Source of the DNA: Octopus bimaculoides
Taxonomy: Eukaryota
Length of the DNA: 64,000 nucleotides
Direction: 5' to 3'
Assembly (NCBI RefSeq): GCF_001194135.2
Contig: NC_068984.1
Span: 90,101,680-90,165,679, forward strand
The position numbers were made by a program, and so were the translations under genes. The notes beneath the pieces were generated by a model. That model did no database searches and was not told the origin of the DNA. It was given only the letters and a program-made list of their open reading frames with translations. Of this stretch, positions 39,993 to 53,285 are shown piece after piece (position 1 is the stretch's first letter; every line of letters begins with the position of its first letter).

Positions 39993-41254
39993 GTACATAT
40001 GTATATATATATTTATATATATAACACCATATACATGTACATGTACTTATACATAAACATACGTACAAAACTCAGAGAGGCATATATTTGTTTTGTATAT
40101 CAATATAGAAAATATTGTATTTTCAAATTTGTCACGATTTGCTATAGAAACACAGGATTTGTTTATCTTTATTTGATCACCTGACAATGAATATATTTCA
40201 GTTGAGAAATATTTCTCATTTAATTAACCTAATGAATACAACGTGGTGAGTTTTATTTCTATGTTCTAATGTACAGGTAATTATGTACATTGTTGTAAAT
40301 TATTTATACCTTTTTTCATCGAAGAATCATATATTTGTTGATTAACAGAAGTAAGTGTAACGTTCAAATATGTCGAAAGCTATACCACAAAGCAACTAAA
40401 TAAAAATTTAACATTGATAATAATTCTAATTTGCATTAATTTTATCAATATTTTTACCAAATTTTTAACTATCTTTATTTTGATAATTTTAAAAATATTA
40501 AAGAATGACAATAATTTAGACAATATCTACAATTATTTAATAGTCTTTACTTAGCAAATTGATATTTCACTTTGTGCTTAGTATATCATTAATCATCCAA
40601 AGAAAAGGAAATGTGATTTTAACAAATAGTCTACTATTTTGATTTTTTTAAATTTCCTGGCAGAAGTTTTGATCAAATCTAAATTCCTTACTGTTCATTC
40701 CAATAAGTCGTATCCAATAAATTAAGTAAAGTTCACATTAGAACTATTTCCANNNNNNNNNNNNNNNNNNNNNNNNNNNNNNNNNNNNNNNNNNNNNNNN
40801 NNNNNNNNNNNNNNNNNNNNNNNNNNNNNNNNNNNNNNNNNNNNNNNNNNNNNNNNNNNNNNNNNNNNNNNNNNNNNNNNNNNNNNNNNNNNNNNNNNNN
40901 NNNNNNNNNNNNNNNNNNNNNNNNNNNNNNNNNNNNNNNNNNNNNNNNNNNNNNNNNNNNNNNNNNNNNNNNNNNNNNNNNNNNNNNNNNNNNNNNNNNN
41001 NNNNNNNNNNNNNNNNNNNNNNNNNNNNNNNNNNNNNNNNNNNNNNNNNNNNNNNNNNNNNNNNNNNNNNNNNNNNNNNNNNNNNNNNNNNNNNNNNNNN
41101 NNNNNNNNNNNNNNNNNNNNNNNNNNNNNNNNNNNNNNNNNNNNNNNNNNNNNNNNNNNNNNNNNNNNNNNNNNNNNNNNNNNNNNNNNNNNNNNNNNNN
41201 NNNNNNNNNNNNNNNNNNNNNNNNNNNNNNNNNNNNNNNNNNNNNNNNNNNNNN

Positions 41255-41292
<38 letters not shown>

Positions 41293-41503
41293 AAAGACCA
41301 AATTGTTCACCATGTAATTCTTTAATGTTTGATATTTCCCTGATAATATTTTGCTCACAACTTATAAATGTAAATATATTACATAAATTTGTAATTTATT
41401 GAGTATTAATTGAAGCAGTTGTAGGAATGATTATCAATAAGTTAATAAGTTAATCATTAACCATTACCTCTCCCTTTTCTTCTCTTAATTATATATATAT
41501 ATA

Positions 41504-43415
41504 CTAGCCTAAGTACGCGGCGTTGCTCGGAAGTTTTGTGAATGTTAAGGGAAATAAATATATTTATTCTGATAAAAAAGATATTTTCCGAAAAATTCTA
41601 TCAGATGACCTGAGTATAAACAAGATTATTAAAACAAATCCTGAAATCAATCACAGTTTAATTTTGTAAAATGTCTAAATATACAATGTTTTCAATGTAT
41701 CCTTTAATTGGTGTAGAAAGAAAAGGAGTTTTGGGACTTACAACTCGCGAACATCCTACATACGATTGCCCTTGAGAGAAGCAAGGAGAAGCAAGGGTAA
41801 GTCCAACAACGTTGAGAGATTATGCTTCAGATTTGTTTATGAACATAGCAAAACTTAGTTTCACTGGGAACTGGAGCTGTTTAAATTCATAGGTGAGGTC
41901 AGATGGGATTAATGGGATAGATGGAATGAAAACATCGTCACCCTTATATTTCCCAAGAGAAATGAATTTTGGCGGTAAGGACAAAACCTCTTGTTTTATT
42001 ATCACAATTAAAAGGTGTTTATCTTTGCTTCAAAAAAAGAAGTGGAGTCGTAGACGTATGACGTAGAATTATTCAATATCGTGTTTGTTTCGATCAGAAT
42101 CGTTTACCTTTAAAGAGAAAAACAAAACTGACGTATACGACAGGCATGTAAAACATATTTCTGTTTTTGAATAGAGGCTAAATATTTAGTGACACCCCAC
42201 CCCTAGAACCTACCCGGGTAATGAAGAACCTTCATATCAAATTTGGTACAAATTAATCCAGCGGTTTGGCCGTGCAGAACAATATATGTATGGCCATGTA
42301 TGGCCAAGTATGGCTAGCAAGAAATTGTAGATTCGATTTTGAATCTGAGGTAGGACCAATATCCAAGTAGAAATAGTCACATCGGATTTAAATATAAAAT
42401 ATCGAGTGTACTCTAGCTAATTCTATTAAGTCCATTCCACGAACAGTTATTTGAATAACTCATATTGATATCTCTAACTTATGTCACGGAAATATTGAAC
42501 CTTAAAATTTATAAAGTTTATCGTTTAAGTTGAAAGATATCCTACAGTGTATAGGCGTGTGTCCGTATGAAGACCTTTCGTTATTTAGAAACTTTATTGT
42601 TTCTATTTATTTAAACGCCTTGTTTCATTATCACAATTAAAAAGCATTTCAGAATGGTCTACCTATAAAGCGAGAAACCAAAACCGACGTAATTTCCAGA
42701 CAGCCAAATTTGGTACAGATTGATCCAGCGGTTTGGCCGTGCATAGAGGAAACACACACACAGTAAGAATAAAAGTGAAACTACAGTGTTAGGAAAAGTG
42801 AAACTACTATACCGCTGCCAAAAAAATCGGAAGGGTCGTATAGGGGGGCTACGAACAATTATTTGAATAACTCATGTCGATATCTCTTATAACTTATGTC
42901 ACGAATATTGAACTTCAAAAGTTTATTAACTTTATCGTATAAATTGGAAGATATCCTACAGTGTATAAGCGTGTGTCCGTATGAAGACCTTCCGTTATTT
43001 ACAAACTTTACTGTTTCTTTTTCTTTAAACGTTTTGTTTCATTATCACAGTTAAAAAAACGTTTCACAATCGTTTACCTTTAAAGCGAAAAAACAAAACC
43101 AATGTTTTTTCCAGACAGCCAAATTTGGTCCAGATTGATGCAGCGGTTTGGCCGTGCATAGAGGAAACACACACACATGACAGACAGACAGTAAGAATAA
43201 AAGTGAAACAATAAAGTGAAACTATAGCGTTATGAAAAGTGAAGCTATTATACCGCTGAAAAAAATCTGAAGGGTCGTATAGGGGTGTTACAGCCCCCTA
43301 TATAAGCAAGGACCAAAATTTGACCACCCCTACAACCTTCCTCGAGTAAGATAAAAACCTTCATGCCAAATTTGGTATGATAACGCCGTAAAAAAATTGT
43401 AGGAACATCATACAT
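41504..43415 (-). mobile_element. Non-autonomous Helitron carrying the RepHel helicase C-terminus
   Basis: The 3' end has a GC-rich subterminal motif plus CTAG followed by T (41507-41503). Translation of 42005-41660 gives GKYKGDDVFIPSIPLIPSDL.YEFKQLQFPVKLSFAMFINKS...SQGQSYVGCSRV..NIVY, which are Pif1-type helicase motifs. The 5' boundary is approximate. Confidence 0.85.
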
Positions 43416-44321
43416 ACATATGTTTATATATAAGTATACATACACACGCACTCGCACACAAACACACAGTTTCGGCCGAAACGCTATCATCATACGGATG
43501 ACGGTGAGCAATCTGATATGAAACTTCGCAGTTGCTGTCTCTTTTATAATAAGCGAAAAAATGTTCGATTTCCATCAGCGAGAACTTTTATGTTTCAAAT
43601 GTATTAAAGCACTTCGTAACTGTTTTTTTATACTTTTGTATGTGAGCGTGTCTATGTTCATTTATATGTCTATTTTATTTTCTATGTCTAGTGTATTGCA
43701 TGCGTTTAACATTATAGTTTGAACATCTCTACCTTTTCTATTTCTCAATATGTCTGACAAATATGAAAAAACTTTTACTCTATTAGATTCTATTAGGTAA
43801 GTTTGTCAGATTTTGTAATATTCAGAATGATTTTCGTTGAATAAAGTATGTCTTTCAGAAATCCTCCAGTAACATCAGGCACTATAAACAAGAGTTGAGT
43901 AGCGCTTTCAATTTTAACTAAATGTATTGAACATGAATGAATTATTCATCAAATCACGATAACGTTCAATTCCATTCTTAATAAATGGATATTAGTTCCA
44001 ATATATAAAATTATTACAAACATGTATGTTCAATAATGGAATCTCATAAAAGAAACTTCACCTAATATATATAACATTTGCAAACAAGTTGCATACGTCC
44101 ATGTTGTTTCATTACAGCTACATATTCGCTAGTTGTGTATATTCCCATGTTTGTGTAATTGACACAAGGGTTATATACTTTTACAGTTGTTTACTGTATT
44201 TGTTATTCGATGAAAAGAAGATATTTTCAAACAAATGGAGTCGCAAGTAGAATTATATTAATCTTCTCATAAGTCGCTTTATTTCTCAGTAAACGTGTTT
44301 GTAGATGTGTGTATAATGTTC

Positions 44322-44379
<58 letters not shown>

Positions 44380-45084
44380 NNNNNNNNNNNNNNNNNNNNN
44401 NNNNNNNNNNNNNNNNNNNNNNNNNNNNNNNNNNNNNNNNNNNNNNNNNNNNNNNNNNNNNNNNNNNNNNNNNNNNNNNNNNNNNNNNNNNNNNNNNNNN
44501 NNNNNNNNNNNNNNNNNNNNNNNNNNNNNNNNNNNNNNNNNNNNNNNNNNNNNNNNNNNNNNNNNNNNNNNNNNNNNNNNNNNNNNNNNNNNNNNNNNNN
44601 NNNNNNNNNNNNNNNNNNNNNNNNNNNNNNNNNNNNNNNNNNNNNNNNNNNNNNNNNNNNNNNNNNNNNNNNNNNNNNNNNNNNNNNNNNNNNNNNNNNN
44701 NNNNNNNNNNNNNNNNNNNNNNNNNNNNNNNNNNNNNNNNNNNNNNNNNNNNNNNNNNNNNNNNNNNNNNNNNNNNNNNNNNNNNNNNNNNNNNNNNNNN
44801 NNNNNNNNNNNNNNNNNNNNNNNNNNNNNNNNNNNNNNNNNNNNNNNNNNNNNNNNNNNNNNNNNNNNNNNNNNNNNNNNNNNNNNNNNNNNNNNNNNNN
44901 NNNNNNNNNNNNNNNNNNNNNNNNNNNNNNNNNNNNNNNNNNNNNNNNNNNNNNNNNNNNNNNNNNNNNNNNNNNNNNNNNNNNNNNNNNNNNNNNNNNN
45001 NNNNNNNNNNNNNNNNNNNNNNNNNNNNNNNNNNNNNNNNNNNNNNNNNNNNNNNNNNNNNNNNNNNATATATATATATATATA

Positions 45085-45625
45085 CGAGGGACGGTTTAAA
45101 AGTTCAGAGGCTGACTAAGATACTCTCATGGAATGTGAATAAATGAGGTCTATTTTTCAAAATAGTCCCCCTTGCCGTCCGCATTACATCCTCCACCAGA
45201 GTTGCAGTATTTTGATGCCAGTGGGGGGGAAGCTTTCATCCTGTTGTTTCCATAAGTCATCAACAGCAGATATGACATCACCATCGTTGCGAAACTGGTT
45301 TCCAGCCATGTGTTTTCTCATGTTAGGGAAGAAATGACCGCCAGATGGGGCCACATCAGGAGTATAGGAAGAGCAATCAGCCAGTTCAAAGCTGCAGTAA
45401 CGCACAGCAGCTGCTGAAACTAAGGACTTGTGTGCTAGAGTATTGTCCTGATGAACAAGATTCTTTACATCAGCTTTTCTGAGAAACGGGGTAGGGCTTG
45501 ATAACCTTATGTAACTACCCCAACAAGTTGGCAGAGTTCTTTCCATTGACGGTGTGGAACGTTTGAATAAGCGCAATGCTTTTTGCATCCCAAAACACTG
45601 AGGCCATCAGCTTCCCTGCAAATAA
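45085..45625 (-). mobile_element. Mariner 3' half, same family as 21437-22616
   Basis: TIR CGAGGGACGGTTTAAAAGTTCAGAGGCTGA next to TA. Translation includes AGKLMASVFWDAK, HQDNTLAH and YTPDVAP. Confidence 0.88.
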
Positions 45626-45714
45626 AACTAGTATTCGCTGTGTTGATATTTGTGTATGACTTCAATAACTGCGGGTGGGGTTGTCTTTACTTATTCTAGA
45701 ACAGTTTTTTTTTT

Positions 45715-46640
45715 TTCCGAATGTCATTGTATATTACTTTTGCGCAGCGTCGTGTGGGTTAAGGAGGTAGCACCTTGATGACATTTTTGGGAAGCTGCTA
45801 ATCACATGTGTGGTGTATTCCACAGAAATATGACATAATCTACATTTTCGCTTGTATCATTGAGCTCCAAGGGCTTCATTGTCTTTTTTGCTTATTATGT
45901 ATTCCGTAGCAACCTTGTTTTTAGATTACAAATGCATAGCCTTCAAAGTTGATGTAATATCACGGTCTCCGGTCCCAAAAAGGCTTCGCTTCATATTGAT
46001 ATAACTGTCTTCTTCAAGTCTTCAGGAAGCATACTCACGCATGTTTTTTTTTTTTTTTTTTTTTTTTTTGTATTTTGAGTGCTTTACATTCAAGTTTTCT
46101 TTGAGGTATGTTATTCCAGCTGTTTTGCAGTCGTATGGGAAGTCATCAAAAAGAGAGTGCTTCCTCAATAGCTCACTGCCAACACGTAGGATATTGTTCT
46201 CTTCACTTTTCATCATTAAATCAATGTATTATTTTTGCTACTGCTGTTTATCAAGTGCTATATGAGAGAGACTATACGACAAACGAAGGTTGTCTGCACT
46301 GATCTCAAGCCTCTACCTCTACCTTTATCTCTTCTTATATAGAGCATGTCGATATCACTATTTCTGTAGAGATTTTCAGTTGAGGTCAGGCTGTTGCGTG
46401 TTTAAACGACTATGGAATGGATTTCTTCTACAGACCAATCAAGTATCTCAAATGTTGGAATCAATACTGACCTTCCATACTGCTTTTGAATACACAGAAT
46501 GTTTTCTTGTAAAATATCAGCCTCTTGTATCAGTTTCCAGCTATTAGGTCCATTTCAGGTGCCTTCCTATTATGCACAGCTATGGTGAATGTTTTCGGAT
46601 CAATTGCATGTGTTTTACTGTTGGTGTTGTGACAGTATTT
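45715..46640 (-). mobile_element. R4/Dong-like LINE fragment (post-RT plus zinc knuckle)
   Basis: Translation includes NSDIDMLYIRRDKGRGRGL, FEGYAF and KCRLCHISVEYTTHVIS. Confidence 0.75.
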
Positions 46641-47039
46641 TCTTCTTACTTTATTTAGCTACGATACATTGAAATCCCTCTCTGCGTTCCAGATTTTCAA
46701 CAAGAATGATTCAAGATCATCTTGAGAGACATATGTATGCATGTATGTATGTATGTATGTATGCATGTATGTATGTATGTATGTATGCATGCATGTATGT
46801 ATGTATGTATGTATGTATGCATGCATGTACGTAGTACTATGTATGTATATATAAGCATATGTATATGTATGTATACACACAAACATCTATTCAAAAGAAG
46901 TCAGACTACGAAATCAGTGCGCCAACCAGCCGGCGCAACGTTCCGGCATGTGCATGTATGGATGGCCTTGACTTTCACCCAAATACCATTCACAACTATC
47001 CGCGGTAGAATGAATGTATGTCTCATGCAATTGTCGCAA

Positions 47040-47790
47040 AGTGAATAATAGAAGATTTGGAAGAGCAACTTTTTTTTTAATGCAGTTTCAAATTGCGAAA
47101 AAACTTATACGGAAACATTTCTAAGATAGCAACTGTGCAGGCGTATGGAAAGAATTGTTTTGTGTTGTAAGCCATGTCAAGTGTGTGGTACCAGCGTTTC
47201 AAATTGAGTACAAAGAGAAGATGAATACACGGCAAAATGTGCATTGTGATCTGTTAAAACCTTTACGTAACTGTCTTCGATGTTCCCAAGGAAGTTGGCG
47301 TCTCTAAAAGTTCATGTCACGATGCATTTAGAAGATGCATGTTGTTGTTGCTAAATGTTTGAACAAAAAGGGAACTGTATTCCAATCAGAACTGCCTGTG
47401 TGCTCATAGGTTGATGAAAACTTTCTTAAAAATATCAGAACAGCTGGATAATTGTGTAAATACCATTGCAATGACGAAAGAAAAGGCAGTCATCGTAGTG
47501 GGTTGGGGTCATCGTCCCCTCCGCATGTAAGAAAATGATATATGTATGTGATGCTGATCATATTTTCTGTTTGGAAGGCTGACGTTCATTATGAGTTTAT
47601 TCACGCGGTCTGACGATTAATAACGAGCTTTACTTGTATGTCCTGTGGTGTTTGATGAGGCAATGTGATACAAGTACTTTAAAACATTGACACAACCTAA
47701 TTAACGCGTTTCACGTCAGACCTTATTCATACCTGGCGGTTTCTTCTCAAAGTTGAAATCCAATCGGGAATTTCTTCCACCTTCCCACTT
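47040..47790 (+). mobile_element. Heavily decayed mariner transposase
   Basis: Remnants of EVGVSKSSCH, DENFLKNI, VMLI.F and HYEFI are visible across shifting frames. Confidence 0.6.
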
Positions 47791-48565
47791 CGGATTGTTG
47801 ATGAAAATAAATACGCTACTGGAACGTAATACTCAGTGAGTTTTTAATTTAGATAAATTGGTAGAAACAGTGAATCAACACCAGAGGAAAATACTTCAAT
47901 GAAAAATATGTTGTTCATATGTTAATAAAGCAATAACTTTGTTTCGTAATAAGTTCAGTTCCCTTTTTTACAGACCTCATATAAACATGCATACACACAT
48001 ACAAACATACATGTTATACATTATATNNNNNNNNNNNNNNNNNNNNNNNNNNNNNNNNNNNNNNNNNNNNNNNNNNNNNNNNNNNNNNNNNNNNNNNNNN
48101 NNNNNNNNNNNNNNNNNNNNNNNNNNNNNNNNNNNNNNNNNNNNNNNNNNNNNNNNNNNNNNNNNNNNNNNNNNNNNNNNNNNNNNNNNNNNNNNNNNNN
48201 NNNNNNNNNNNNNNNNNNNNNNNNNNNNNNNNNNNNNNNNNNNNNNNNNNNNNNNNNNNNNNNNNNNNNNNNNNNNNNNNNNNNNNNNNNNNNNNNNNNN
48301 NNNNNNNNNNNNNNNNNNNNNNNNNNNNNNNNNNNNNNNNNNNNNNNNNNNNNNNNNNNNNNNNNNNNNNNNNNNNNNNNNNNNNNNNNNNNNNNNNNNN
48401 NNNNNNNNNNNNNNNNNNNNNNNNNNNNNNNNNNNNNNNATATATATAGGTAGGTAGGTAGAGAAAGAAAGAAAGAAAGAAAGAAAGCGCAAAGATTATA
48501 TTTAAGGACACCATAAGAGCAGCAGTATTTAAAAATACTTAACCATACTGGATGTTTATACTTAC

Positions 48566-49039
48566 CGTTATAGGCTTTCGTAGGGGAGCTCTAATTGCTT
48601 GGTGACGATCCAATGCAATAACAATTAACATGTTTGTACTGGCCATCATAGAAAAGCTCTGCATAAATTTAACGAGTTTGCACATGAAAGCACCTGCAAA
48701 CCATTCGCGGTCAACGTATTCCCATACCAACTGTGGTGTGCAAGCAAAGAAAATGACAGATAAGTCAGCAACTGAAAGGTTAAGAATTAGAATATTGATT
48801 CGAGACTTCCATCGACGGTTCATTTTCACCCATATTAACAAAAGAAATCCCCCAATTATACCTCCGATAATCATTATATAGAGACACGTGAGCCGCACCG
48901 TTTTTGAATAAGCTTTATCATGAACACTTTCGGCTGATGAGTTATTAAAATTCTGTTGATCATTTTCAGATATACTCATGGTAGTGTAGGATAGAGATGT
49001 CCATTTCTTATAGTTCCATGACTCATTTAGTTCAGTCAT
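48566..49039 (-). CDS. Coding exon 1 (aa 1-158, N-terminus to TM3/ICL2) of a class A peptide GPCR, vasopressin/CCAP/NPS receptor superfamily
   Basis: The ORF contains NLSVADL (TM2), TPQLVWEY..WFAG (ECL1), MCKLVKF (C3.25) and ALDRHQAIRAPL. There is a GTAAG donor right after codon T158 (plus-strand CTTAC at 48561-48565). An upstream acceptor (T-rich...TTTCAG, AG at 49102-49101) suggests the exon begins at 49100 and that a 5' UTR exon lies further upstream. Confidence 0.95.
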
Positions 49040-50304
49040 CTTGATAATCGGAAGTAGTTGTATTATTTTGATTGGCAGTGTGAAGATTTCGTAGATTCAA
49101 CTGAAATTAATGAATAAAAAAAAATCATTAGACTTTAATATCAGAAGAATTGTATGATGTCCATTCATACTTTCAATTAGCAATAACCACGCCTCAGATT
49201 TATTTCATTAATAGATACATTAGTTAGCTTTATCCTACATGCTTCTGTGAATAGATGTAGAATCATTTCTCTTCTACTGTGGAGATTTTGAATGATAATG
49301 AAGCTTTGGATAGAAAAAATTATCATTCATGCAGATTTCTTATATAAGCGCAACATGTTTTCTCTGCGTTTTATTACGAGCAGTTTAAATAGATATATTG
49401 ATACATACACTCATAAAAAACACACATGTATATATATGAATGCTCGCATACATTTATGCATTTATCCCAGCATTACTTCGTATACAAATGTAACATTTTC
49501 TATTTAGAACTGCCTTTGAGTAAATACAACAGCTCATGAAAACCCCTTAGTTACAGATATCAAAACTGAGCTATCAATATTAAATATCCTAGGTACTGAA
49601 AGTATTTTGAAGAACAACAGCCTAAAAGTCAGTTCTTTATTATTCCCTAATTGAAGTTGCGCTAAATATATTGAGAAGATACGGCCCTCAGTGAACCAGT
49701 ATCCCTTGTTGTAAATAGGTACCAATCATTGTCAGCAAGATACCATTTACAAATTTCTTCAACTCTCAATGCCGAGTTTTATTTCCCCGGGCAGCAAGGT
49801 GCATGATACAAGTAGCAACAATGCATATTTACTTCACAATTGTCCTTATTCTAGAGTTATGTTGAACATGACTGCAATATTATATACATCTACTCTCTAT
49901 TCCAATTCTGAACAGAAAAGTTGAATCATTTTTTGTTTAAGCATTATATATTATTTGATATTTCTACAAAATATTATCAATGAACTAAAGCCAGTTTTAC
50001 TAAACTATAAACTTAAAACTACAGAAACAACTAACTTGATGTATATCATAATTTTCTAAAGTCAAAATGAAAACTTACGTAAAGCAATGATTTTCTAAAC
50101 ATTTTAAAGTCAAATAAGTCTCAAAGAGCTACACAAGTTTTCTCAAAAAGACAACACAACGCAACTATTTTATTAGATTCAATTTCAGAAATGCTTTTGA
50201 AAGATCCAACAAACATTATAAGGAAAATTCACAATAAGTTCATCGAATATTTTCTCTTCTATTACAACAGCATTGATTTTAAAATTATATATACATATAT
50301 ATAT

Positions 50305-50354
<50 letters not shown>

Positions 50355-51663
50355 NNNNNNNNNNNNNNNNNNNNNNNNNNNNNNNNNNNNNNNNNNNNNN
50401 NNNNNNNNNNNNNNNNNNNNNNNNNNNNNNNNNNNNNNNNNNNNNNNNNNNNNNNNNNNNNAACAAAATGTTCAATCTTTAAATTTTTATTTTTTAAAGT
50501 TGTTGCTTTACAGAAAAAGATTTAATAAAATGTTGAGTCTTCAAACGATAGAAACCAGAATCGAAAAAATAAAAAAAAAATTAATTAAAAAAAATTAAAA
50601 GAATGGGATGGATAGGAGTAAGAGCAAAATAGAGAGCCGAGCGAAATGTAAATATGAAGAAGTTCTTGAATAAATAATGTTAAAAAGATTTTATTATTAT
50701 TATAATTATTAATTATTATGTTATAGAACTTATATGAAAATAAAGGTTTTAATACAATGAATATTTTCACATAAAGTATATTCAATTTTAACCAAGTTTA
50801 AGAAAGTTAATGGAAATTAAAAATTGAAAAAATCGACATTTCTAATGCGCAGCGAGGTTACGGAATTATAGTCAAGACCCGTGTGAGCTCGACCAAACAT
50901 TTTGTTGGGTCAAGCAGTAAGCGTGTTTGACCATTATATATTTTTATATTAAAGCAATACGACTGCAACGGTTGTAAGTCATGTGAGGTTGCGTGCACAA
51001 CACCACCATGGCTCTGACTAGCAATACTAAGAAGCCCAGAGACAAACAGAGTGCAAGATATCCGGCTCAATAGAACAGTGGGTTTTATATAGAAGTTAGC
51101 TTCTTCTATAGGAGTGTCCTGACAAAGACCAGGAGACTCTCCTTTTCAGTGGGATTATTGTACCCCGTCTATTTCTACTTCCCAGCTCATATACATGTAT
51201 ATATATATANNNNNNNNNNNNNNNNNNNNNNNNNNNNNNNNNNNNNNNNNNNNNNNNNNNNNNNNNNNNNNNNNNNNNNNNNNNNNNNNNNNNNNNNNNN
51301 NNNNNNNNNNNNNNNNNNNNNNNNNNNNNNNNNNNNNNNNNNNNNNNNNNNNNNNNNNNNNNNNNNNNNNNNNNNNNNNNNNNNNNNNNNNNNNNNNNNN
51401 NNNNNNNNNNNNNNNNNNNNNNNNNNNNNNNNNNNNNNNNNNNNNNNNNNNNNNNNNNNNNNNNNNNNNNNNNNNNNNNNNNNNNNNNNNNNNNNNNNNN
51501 NNNNNNNNNNNNNNNNNNNNNNNNNNNNNNNNNNNNNNNNNNNNNNNNNNNNNNNNNNNNNNNNNNNNNNNNNNNNNNNNNNNNNNNNNNNNNNNNNNNN
51601 NNNNNNNNNNNNNNNNNNNNNNNNNNNNNNNNNNNNNNNNNNNNNNNNNNNNNNNNNNNNNNN

Positions 51664-52290
51664 CATCTGTGAATTCCGTAGCACCAGGTTTCATCTCAAA
51701 TGATGACCTTCGAAAAAAGGTCCAGATCAACTTAAACTGTTTTTTTTCAGTTCACGACACGTAATCAGTTGTGAGTGCTTTTCATCTTCCATGAGCAAGC
51801 AAGGTACAAATTTCATTGGCAATTTTCATTCGCAATTTCTCACTCAAAATTCGGTGGGAGGAGATTCAGTACATACCAGTCATATCAACAAGTTCGTTAA
51901 TTGTTCGGTGACAGTCCACCAAAATCAGTTTATGGATTTTCATGATGTTTTCATTCGTTCAGGAGGTCGACGGTCGTCCTGAACGAGGTTGGCCTTCAAG
52001 CGACAAGTGACAAGTGACCAAAGCGTGGAAGCCACTCCTAAAATTGTGTTGTGTTCTGCTCATGGCAGCGTACATGTAAGCTATTTGAAGCATGACAACT
52101 GCTTTAGCCACCGTTTTCCCCAGGAGAAAAAAGAATTTCACTGAAGCATGCCGTTCCTTCGTTTCAACCATCGCAAAAATCGACGAACCAGGGAGAAGCA
52201 CTGCAAAAGAAAGACGCACCACGTGGAAGTACAACCTCGCCCGATGACACTGAGGGTCTTATCTAGTGGTTTCTAGCGGCATGATGTTAT
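51664..52290 (-). mobile_element. Mariner transposase N-terminal half, running into a gap
   Basis: Translation includes VKFFFLLGKT and LSLEGQPRSGRPSTS.TDEN. Confidence 0.85.
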
Positions 52291-52994
52291 CGATGATATA
52301 TTGAGAGAATTTTCACAATATATAAGAATAAACAGTAATTTATAGTTATATTTATATAAGAAAATGGAGAAAAAATATATAACGGATACTTATTTTATTT
52401 GTATCACGATAAAAACATAGCAAACGATTTAATACAAATAAAATCCAAAGGAACATAAATTAACGGGAAAAAGCATAAAAAGTGCTTACACAGGTTTCAA
52501 TCTGTGTTCATTAGGCGAACAGTGTTTCAGATCCGCAGGATTCGAACTATGTTAAGAGTTCTAGATGTAAAAAAAAAAACACAGTATAAGCAGATATCAT
52601 CAGGGCTGATTTGTATAAATAGCTAATACTTACATAATTGTTCAAAGGAATTAAAACTGGTGGTAAAAAGCGTACTGAATGAGAGAGATGAGGACTGCAT
52701 ATTCATATATACAAGTAATGTAAACATGAAGTTGTTAGAAAAGATGGGGCGTCAAATGGGGTGTAGTGGGAGATATTAACTTACTAGGGTAAGATATTCT
52801 GAAGACGTCAAGCAAATAGAAAGAATTAAAGAGAGGACTGAGGGATAAGAAAATAAAAATATAGAGAGGAATAAATTTTATTTAGGGGTAAAAATAACGA
52901 AATGGGAATAAAACACAGGGATATTATTTAATTAAATGAAACTAGAAAAGCCATAAGTATTTAGGATATAAGATATAAAAAGTAAAAATTAGTT

Positions 52995-53143
52995 ATTTAC
53001 ATTATTTACATTCGACGGATATTTGTCCTCATCTTGTTTGTTGTTAACACAACGTTTCGGTTGATATACCCTCCAGCCTTCATCAGATGTCTTGGGGAAA
53101 TTTCGAACCTGGGTTCTCATTCCTGAGGTATTTTTCGATGTTG

Positions 53144-53224
<81 letters not shown>

Positions 53225-53285
53225 TCAATGCCTGAACTCGAACTCGGAATCTTGGGGTTAGTAACCCTCGCTCTTAACCCGTCAT
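52995..53285 (-). mobile_element. SINE-like element: tRNA-like head, (AAT)n spacer and hammerhead-containing tail
   Basis: The head (53285-53221) has GGTTAAGAG and GAGTTCGAGT (A/B-box-like). (AAT)n spans 53220-53137, and the tail carries CTGATGA...GAAACGTT. Confidence 0.7.
53046..53091 (-). ncRNA. Minimal type I hammerhead-like motif, slightly degenerate
   Basis: GACAT CTGATGA a GGCTG GAGGGTATAT CAACC GAA ACGT T GTGTT. Stem I is GACAT/GTGTT (2 GU pairs), stem II has one mismatch, and stem III is the palindromic ACGT. Confidence 0.55.

Noticed and set aside
41822-42005. Host Pif1 helicase exon
   Set aside because: It is disrupted and lies inside an element with a Helitron CTAG terminus.
43469-43500. 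14-bp palindrome GTTTCGGCCGAAAC with a nearby ATGATGA
   Set aside because: C3 of the core is missing and there is no stem I; treated as a short palindrome.
48539-48565. ORF-track end VSINIQYG-stop
   Set aside because: This is read-through past the GTAAG donor into the intron.
53221-53285. Possible tRNA gene
   Set aside because: The acceptor stem and D-arm are incomplete and it is embedded in a repeat; interpreted as a SINE head.
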